A program made the position numbers and the translations under genes. Below the pieces are notes generated by a model. That model saw only the letters and a program-made list of their open reading frames with translations. It searched no databases and was not told the origin of the DNA. This document shows positions 55,483 to 64,000 of a stretch of DNA of 64,000 bases, piece by piece (within the stretch, counting starts at the first letter, position 1; each line of letters starts with the position of its first letter). The stretch comes from Octopus vulgaris (taxonomy: Eukaryota): positions 2,666,001 through 2,730,000 of the forward strand of contig OX597817.1 in the NCBI GenBank assembly GCA_951406725.2. The letters run 5' to 3'.

Positions 55483-55652
55483 AAGCACGACAGGTTTTTT
55501 TCGGTTTCCGTCTACCAAATCCACTCACAAAGCTCTGGTCGATCCGAGGCTACAGTAAAAGACAATTGCTTAAAGTGGAACGCAATGGGACTGAACCCGG
55601 AACCATAAGGTTGGGAAGCAAGCTTCTTACTACACAGCCACGCTTGCGCCTA
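55483..55652 (-). mobile_element. SINE family C 5' part
   Basis: tttccgtctaccaaatccactcac...gggactgaacccggaacc...cacagccacgcttgcgcct. Confidence 0.8.
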
Positions 55653-56459
55653 TGAACCTCGCACGCACAGACACATACATGCACACATATGCTTATGGGC
55701 TTGCACACGTGTTTGCTTTGTTTTTTTTTTCCGTGTGTCTGTTTAAAGTAGAGACTGCTATAAGCGTGTAGATGAGTCTGCAACTCAGTATGAATTCCTA
55801 ATTGAAGCTAATTCACTCTAATCGTCACCGGAGTGCAGTGGTTTCTTACCTATAGGAAGAACACTATCTTAAAATATCTTAAAGAAGCCGTAGTGTCGTC
55901 GAAGAACCCGTAGTGTCGTCGAAGAAAGAATGGGATAAGAACCATTATTTAAGAGATTGAAATATCATGTTTCACTCGAGTTTGAAATAATTTCATTTCA
56001 ATTAGCCAGTTGATATTCTTAGGGTAAATATGAACAACAGAATACCGCATTCCATTTGGTCTAAACATATCCTCAAATTAAGCCAATAGTGTAAAGATAG
56101 AAGATAATTAAGAACTTAAATAAAAGCAGCTATCAGTTAGGAATTGTATGTAATCAAAAGTGTTTTAGAATAGAGATAAACACCATGCTTTGCGGGCCAG
56201 TTTATACTATTTTGGCTAGGATTATATTGTAAATTGAAACTAAAGGTAAATTATCTCTCGAGGTGTGAGATAAGTGTTTAGCAATTTTGGTAGCACAAGT
56301 TTTGTACTTGAAGTAGGAACCTTAATCTATGTCAACTGCTTCTGTTTATGTTCTTTTTGTTTTAACCAGTTAATCGTTGATTGTTTTCTCGTAGCAAACT
56401 TGCATATCTTCGATGGGTTCTTACAAGTTCTATAGAAATCTAATATTATGATTATTAGA

Positions 56460-56650
56460 AAGGCGACGAGCTGGCACAATCGTTAGCACAATCGATAAAA
56501 TGCTTAGTGGCGTTTCGTCTGAGTTCAAATCCCACAGAGGTCGACTTTGTCTTTCACCCTTTCGGGATCTATAAAGTAAGCACCAGTTGAACACTTACCA
56601 TACCCCTCATGCCCGAAATTTCTGGCCTTGTGACAAAATCTGGAACCAAT
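56460..56650 (+). mobile_element. SINE family A
   Basis: aggcgacgagctggc head and core. Confidence 0.8.
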
Positions 56651-56883
56651 ATTTTTACGTTTATGTATTTCCTGAAACCGTTATTTAATGTTTAAGAACT
56701 TCTCATGCAGAATCAAACTTTTTAATCAATATTGTTATTCCAAGGTATTCTTCCAAGTACTGCAAAACTTACCAAGTTGGCACGAGTTGCTGCTTCCTGT
56801 CTAAACGGTTGTATCATATCACTGGCAACATATACGTGACAACAACACGCCTAATAATTTTTAGTTCAGAAAATGTACCTCTA

Positions 56884-57004
56884 GATTTGTCCTCATCTTG
56901 TTTGTTGTTACTACAATATTTCGGCTGATACACCCTCCAGCCTTCATCAGGTGTCTTGGGGAAATTTCAAACCTGGGTTCTCATTCCTAAAGTATTTTTC
57001 GATG

Positions 57005-57010
<6 letters not shown>
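56884..57010 (-). mobile_element. Second copy of the 47600-type hammerhead element (hammerhead 56911-56955)
   Basis: Reverse complement gacac-CTGATGA-a-ggctg...cagcc-GAAA-t-ATT-gtag, preceded by a long (TAA)n; no tRNA head adjacent. Confidence 0.75.
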
Positions 57011-57101
<91 letters not shown>

Positions 57102-57638
57102 CATCATCATCATCAACATCATCATCATCATTATTATTATTATTGAGTGAGAGAGCAGTGCATGCCATCAAAGTGACACTAGGGTAAAATATATGAAGCC
57201 CAGTATACCCATCATGACTACCCGTCTACTAAGGGTACACTAGACACATGCATCACAACTATATGTGCGCGACATGGTGATCTCATATCATGATAAACAG
57301 CACATGACCTTTTGGTGGGGCCCAGTTAAAATTTTCTTCTGGTCGAGTAGCCCATCCCGCTCAAAAGGCCCCTGAATATGGGTTTTTAAGGATGTTGAAC
57401 GAAACACCCATGTTTCCAGAGGTGAATTATCCAAACCCCAAAGAATCCCTCTCGACACATGGCTATGATGCTCCCCCACTACTTCTGCTCGTGATCAGAG
57501 ATGCACATGTCGTCAGCCACTGAGGGACATGCTCAACTGGTTAAGGTCAAACAACTGACAAACAAATATGTGGTATTGAGCAGAATATTTGCTGTAGCCC
57601 ATCTTTTATACCAAGACAAAACAATGTATATGAGAACA

Positions 57639-57744
<106 letters not shown>

Positions 57745-58387
57745 ATATTCTGTAAAGAAGGTAGTAGAGTATAGAGCTCGTCCACCTTCAGCTCTACCCT
57801 GTGCTACCCAGTAGTAGTATTATACGTATTTCTAGGCTTGCGGTTGAGCATCTATCATGTGTGAACTGGAGTCAGCAAGAAGGGGTGCGGGTGGACATTT
57901 ATTTTTTAATCACAATTGTTTCGACGCAACGTAGTCCTCCAGGTGTGCAGGTAGTTCATTATGCAACTGTTTATGAGATCTAATATAAACCACTCGTTTT
58001 ATTATCTAATATCTAATAACATATGTGTGTGTGTATACATACGTAAGGATATATACATGTTTACATATGTTTATGGACATATATACACATACGTGAATAT
58101 ATGTGTATGTATGTACGCATATGTATCGTGTGGCGATGTTTTCCTTGTGCTACTATATAAAGGAAGCCACCAATCAACAAATTTACGTTTGGGAATCATG
58201 AAATTGCGAAACTGGTGAAATTACTCTAAATATAAATAAATCTTTTAAAAGACTTCAATTGCATTTTCACTTTTATTACTTTGTATTTCTACTCGTGTGG
58301 AAAAACTTTGTATTCCCGTATGTGTCTGTTTGTGTGTCTGTTTCTGTGTATAGATAGACAAACATTCAAGCAGACAGACAAATAGAA

Positions 58388-58433
<46 letters not shown>

Positions 58434-59269
58434 TGACAAAGAGAGAGAAAGAAGAATAGACAGAGAGAGGGGGAGATGAATTAATGGATGGATTCAACTG
58501 ATATTTCGCCACATCTTTTAAACTCAATTAATCTACTTCCCCCTCTTTGATCTTACATATTCTTTGGTATAAGATTTATTTATTTCCAATTAAACCAAGA
58601 TCTGTTAAGCTGCTTTATAAACAATATTCCGACATAAAATTTTTTATCTATTTTACATGATTAAATGCATTAATATTTTTTTAAAATTTACATTGATTAA
58701 CTTTTTACACGGCATTCCTAAACCCTGGGGATTTTTACGGTTTCAGTCATTCAATTTTATTCCTAGATTTAATTGAAGCTTTGCCTTTGAAAATGTAATC
58801 CATTCATGATCCGAGCTACATATATATTTTTCCTTAAATAACAAGCATAAAATACTTCAGTCTTCAACAATCAGGCAACCTGATACACTTATGTAATTGT
58901 TCTGAAAAGTTGAATCAATAACGATTCTATGTTTCAATTTTTAAATAAACTGGACACATTACACTTTCTCAGCATTTTTAAACGTTTATCCCTCTGCGTT
59001 TTCTTGTTTTGTATATCGACATATTATATATCGAAATACATTAGAATATTTACCATCGTTTTCTCAATACTCCAAAAATTTGTAATTAAAGCCACACATG
59101 CGTTTGTTTGTTTTTTTTTTTGTTGTTTTGTTTTGCTTTTTTAAAAAATTATATATTTCATACTTCGTTTAGAGGGTATTTCCTTTCCTGGAAGCTTTCC
59201 CTCCATGCGTGAGTAATTACTCATTGTATACTTTAATAACATTCTGAAAATCTTAATAGATTATGCGAT

Positions 59270-60180
59270 GAAGGTGGTTGGTTTGCAGAATCGTTACCGC
59301 GCTGGACAAAGTACATAGCTGTATTTCTGCCAACGTTACAAGGCGGCGAGCTGGCGCAAACGTTAACACGCCGGGCGAAATGCGTACCCGTATTTCGTTT
59401 GCCGTTACGTTCTGAGTTCAAATTCCACCGAGGTCGACTTTGCCTTTCATCCTTTCAGGGTCGATAAATTAAGTACCAGTTACGCACTGGAGTCGATATA
59501 ATCGACTTAATCCGTTTGTCTGTCTTTGTTTGTCCCTTCTGTGTTTAGCCCCTTGTGGGTAGTAAAGAAATAGGTATTTCGTTTGCCGTTACGTTCTGAG
59601 TTCAATTCCGCCGAGGTCGACATTACCTTTCATCCTTTCGGGGTCGATAAATTAAGTACCTATTTCTTTATTAACCACAGGGGCTAAACACAGAGGGGAC
59701 AAACAAGGACAGACAAAGGTATTAAGTCGATTACATCTACCCCAGTGCGTTATTTGGAACTTAATTTATCGACCCCGAAAGGATGAAAGGCAAAGTCGAC
59801 CTCGGCGGAATTTGAACTCACAACGTAACGAAGACGAAATACCGCTAAGCATTTCGCCCGGCGTGCTAACGTTTCTGCCAGCTCGCCGCCTTTATCAAGG
59901 AGATTCCCATTAAAATTTATCGCCGCGATAAATTAAGTACCAGTTACGCACTGGGGTCGATGTAATCGACTTAATTCCTTTGTCTGTCCTTGTTTGTCCC
60001 CTATATGTTTAGCCCCTTTGGGGCAATAAAGAAATATGTATTTCTTCCGACGTTACATTTTGAGTTCAAATGCCACCGGGGACAACTTTGCCTTTCATCT
60101 TTTCGAGGTCGATAAAATAAGCAGCAGTGTCGCTCTATGATTGATGTAATCGACTTACGACTTCTCCCAAAATTTAAGAC
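59270..60180. mobile_element. Cluster of tandem and inverted SINE family A copies
   Basis: Plus copies 59341-59660, minus copy 59657-59892, plus again 59926-60180. Confidence 0.88.
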
Positions 60181-61409
60181 CAATATATTATGTAAGGTTT
60201 TTTGTCTCCTATTCGTAATTTTTTTTTTTGCAGCTGTTTGTATATAAACACCACATCCTATAAAGGCATTTTATAATAGAATGAAGGAAGGAAGGAAGGA
60301 AGGAAGGAAGGAAGGAAGGAAGGAAGGAAGGAAGGAAAAGGCTCTTGTAGCAAATAAAGGAATAGATAATTATCATTAGTAGTATAAACACACACACACA
60401 CATGAACACACAGATGTTGAAGTTACGTGACTTAGTGGCTATGCTGTTACGACTGTACGGTCAGAGTCCGATATTGGGACGCGGCGGCGCCTTTTGTCCC
60501 TGGTCAAAGCATTTCCCTTCAAGTTACCCCATTCACTGATTGAAAATGAATTACACCTGCTGTAGAGTGGCGCCTCTCAGGCTATTAGCAAAAGCAAAAT
60601 GTCAAAGGCCCTAGACGGGTACGGCATACAGGATGATGAAATAGATGAATATGTGTGTGCGCATGTGTGTGTGTGCGCGTGTGTGTGTGTGTGTGTGTAT
60701 GGGTGTGTGTGTGGTTAATTAAAACGTGCTCTTTAATGGGAATCTCCTTAATAAATCTTTAACGAAATTAACGGTATTTCCATCAAGTCGTTGAACAGGA
60801 TGTGTTTGCCGGCGACCAATATTTGCATAAATAACATTTTTATGTCATTAAACAAATACTCGAGGTTAAATGGCGATGGGTTGGGATAGGCGCGGTAAAA
60901 TAGCTCAAACGTTTTGAAGAGCAGTGAATTTGCCTCACTGGTGTTGCATTTATTATCTTTGAGTGGTAAAGTCCCAATCTCTTCTTCTTCTTCTTCGTCT
61001 TTCTCTGTCTGTCTGTCTCTCTCTCTCTTTTTCCCTTCTCTCGTTATGTCCTTTCCACCATTCTCACTTCTCTTACTCTTTTAAAAACGAATATAAAAAT
61101 TGAAGAAACTGTGATTACATTGACAACCTATCTATCTTGAATTCTGTAACTCTATTTACTTCTGTCTGTCTGTCTGTTTGAATGACTGCCTCTGCCACAA
61201 TTTATTTAATAGCAGCAGCTTGTCAAAGCGGATCTCAAAACAGAGGACCAGACTATCGGATGTTCTTATACACCGCTGATCACAATGCGCTGATCACAGC
61301 GCTGGCTAGGCGGGCAGGCTAAACCTGTCCCTGAACGGAACGCCAATACGTCGGAGAATTATACATTTACAACATTGTAGACACACAGAGGCACGCGCAC
61401 ACACACACA

Positions 61410-61467
<58 letters not shown>

Positions 61468-61648
61468 AATAAATAAATAATACATATGCATATATACATA
61501 CATATATGTACGTACCTACCTCTACATGTATATATACATGCATATATGGGTACAGGACACCAACAAAAACGTCGAACACAATGAGAAACGAAAACAAACA
61601 CAAAACCAATGAAATGGACATTTTTTTAAGCAACGAAAAAATAGTATG

Positions 61649-61673
<25 letters not shown>

Positions 61674-61679
<6 letters not shown>

Positions 61680-61820
61680 CGAAATGGGACAAGAACACAA
61701 AACATCCACAAAAGGGGACAACAAAACATCCAAATGGACGATACAAAAAAACAAGAACAGGTCATTCGAAGCCCTCTATCCTCAGTCAAGCACCAGATTA
61801 TCGTCGCAATTTCGGCGTGT
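61674..61820 (-). mobile_element. Penelope-like terminal fragment related to 13765-14012
   Basis: aaatgggacaagaacaca..., ggtcattcg...tcctcagtc...ccagatt...gcaatttcggc shared. Confidence 0.6.
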
Positions 61821-61824
61821 ATAC

Positions 61825-61861
<37 letters not shown>

Positions 61862-61891
61862 TTAAGAACAATCTTACTTAGAAATGGATGC

Positions 61892-61929
<38 letters not shown>

Positions 61930-61934
<5 letters not shown>

Positions 61935-62396
61935 AATATTAGGGAATAAATCCAAACTTACAGGGAAAAATCAGATTTAGGATTGAATCCAATTTTATAG
62001 TAAAATATTATATTATATTAAATTAGAGATAAAACCACTATTAATCAAATCATACAATGAAAAACTTAAGCCAATACATAAGATTAATTAATTTATATTA
62101 TTTAAATATATATCAAAATTATTAAAAAAGATAATGAATATAACACTACGATCGTTTCATAGCTGTTCAATTCATTGATTAAACCTCGCCAAGTTAAATA
62201 TTTAAACCACCTGAAGAATGACTGTAACTCGAAAATTTTAAGAATTGAATAGCCATGAAACGATCGCAGTGTTATATTAATTATTTTTTTAAATAATTTT
62301 GATATATATTTAAATAATATAAATTAATTAATCTTACGTATTGGCTTAAGTTTTTCATTGTATGATTTGCCTAATAGTGGTTTTATCTCTAATTTA

Positions 62397-62405
<9 letters not shown>
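61930..62405. mobile_element. Fold-back Penelope-like element, ~160-bp inverted arms
   Basis: 62010-62173 is the reverse complement of 62242-62405; TA tracts on both sides; terminal fragment also at 15270-15320. Confidence 0.75.
62208..62271 (+). ncRNA. Type I hammerhead ribozyme (cleavage triplet mutated)
   Basis: cac-CTGAAGA-atgact...agccat-GAAA-cgatc-GCA-gtg; the mirror arm keeps GTA (actacgatcgtttc). Confidence 0.7.
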
Positions 62406-62484
<79 letters not shown>

Positions 62485-62967
62485 CATACATACATATATA
62501 TATATAAAATATGTATATATACATATATATAATATATACATATACATATATATATATTCACACACACACGCGCACGCACTCACACATACACCACACACAC
62601 ACACACATATGCATACGTATACAACACATACACAGTTACAAACACGCATTAGTAGCTTAGTGGGAAACTGAGTACTTAAAATCGGGTAGATGAAAAGGCA
62701 ATCCTTTTTCGTAAAATTTTATTTCTCTGGTACTCTAGGTTTCCTGTAGGTGAAGATAAGCTTTTACAACTAAAATCCCCAATAGATGTGACACTCCCAT
62801 TAAACCTAATATGACTGCTGTTTATAATTTGAGTTCTGGTTCCGAAGAAGTTGGTTTCCGTCGGTAGGAATCACCGTTTACTTGAAAAAATAGCAATAAT
62901 TCTATTAAAAAAGCATACATTAATGTGTGTCAGTATGTGTGAGTGCATATTATTGTAGGGATCTGTA

Positions 62968-62999
<32 letters not shown>

Positions 63000-63297
63000 T
63001 AGTAGTAGTAGTGGACGCCCACGCTCGCTAAGTTCTGTTTAGAAGGTGATTTCTTCCAGGATTTATTGATGGTAAATAAGATGTCTTCTCCCTCTCTTTC
63101 ACTCTCTCTCTTTCCTTGTCTTTCTCTCCCCTCTCTCTGTGTCTGTTTCTTTCTCTCACTCAACTTCTCTCTATATCTCTACCCCCTCTCTGTCTCTGTC
63201 TGTCTACCTGTCCGTCCGTCTGCCTGTCTCTGCCTCTCTGTCTATTAATCTGTATCTCTCTCTCTTTCTATACACACATACAAGCACGCGCGCACAC

Positions 63298-63333
<36 letters not shown>

Positions 63334-63501
63334 GTCTGATACTTCTTCGTCTCGAAATTAGTTACTTTTAACCATTGCTTCACCTTTTCTCTTCTTAAGT
63401 TGGTCTAATAAAATTGTACTGGTGCGTAGATAGAATTCTTTAAAGAAATAACCTGTAGGGACACCGTATTTCGTTATGCAATCATTATATACTACAAAGT
63501 A

Positions 63502-63870
63502 TTGGGTTGTCCGGAATGTTCGTGCCGATTTTTAAAGAAAAAGGTCAATAAATACTTGCCATTACATCTTTAATCAACCAAATATGAACCATTTTATTGC
63601 ACAATGCGTCTCCATCTTTCCTTTAACTTGAAAATACCCTCTTCCCAGAATTGAGGTTGTTTCATGGCAAATAATTCATCAAGGTATCTTTTTACGTCAT
63701 CCAAGGATTTGAAATTTTTATCATTAAGACTATTCTACAGAGACCTGAATAAGTGGAAATCTGAAGGAGCAATATCTGGTGAATATGGATGGTGGGGTAA
63801 CAGATCTCAGCCGAGCTGCAGCAATTTTTGTCTGGTTCCCAAAGCATCAAGTGCCGAAAATGAACTTTCT
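63502..63870 (-). mobile_element. Mariner 3' end fragment with TIR
   Basis: HPPYSPDIAPSDFHLFRSL*NSL...GIFKLKERWRRIVQ*NGSY; TA followed by TIR-like ttgggttgtccggaatgttcgtgccgattt. Confidence 0.9.
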
Positions 63871-64000
63871 TATCTTCCATTTTAAAGGGTTACAGAATTA
63901 ACTCAGGTTATAGGAACATAAATCTTCTTCCACGAAAAGATAGATTAAACTTTGCTCTAAATGGAGTTGTAGTCAAATCCTATTTTATGGACTCAACCAT

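Overview
AT-rich, non-coding animal DNA. The repeat and microsatellite makeup resembles coleoid cephalopod (Octopus-like) genomes, which is an inference from recalled repeat families. I can support no intact host gene; nearly all ORFs in the track are (TA)n/(CA)n/(TATG)n/(TAA)n/(GATA)n artefacts. The window contains: (i) decayed Penelope-like retroelement ORF remnants (two GIY-YIG endonuclease fragments); (ii) remnants of RLE-type (R4/Dong-like), Tx1/L1-like and CR1/L2-like LINEs; (iii) three mariner copies, one full length with TIRs, and a Chapaev3-like transposase; (iv) several non-autonomous Helitron-like elements; (v) at least three tRNA-derived SINE families. The most notable signal is a set of about 7 sequence-distinct, non-coding elements carrying type I hammerhead ribozyme cores (CUGANGA...GAAA...NUH with a palindromic stem III). 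Most are arranged as fold-back inverted repeats between (TA)n tracts, and one is fused to a tRNA-like Pol III head. All structures were read by eye, and repeat boundaries are approximate.
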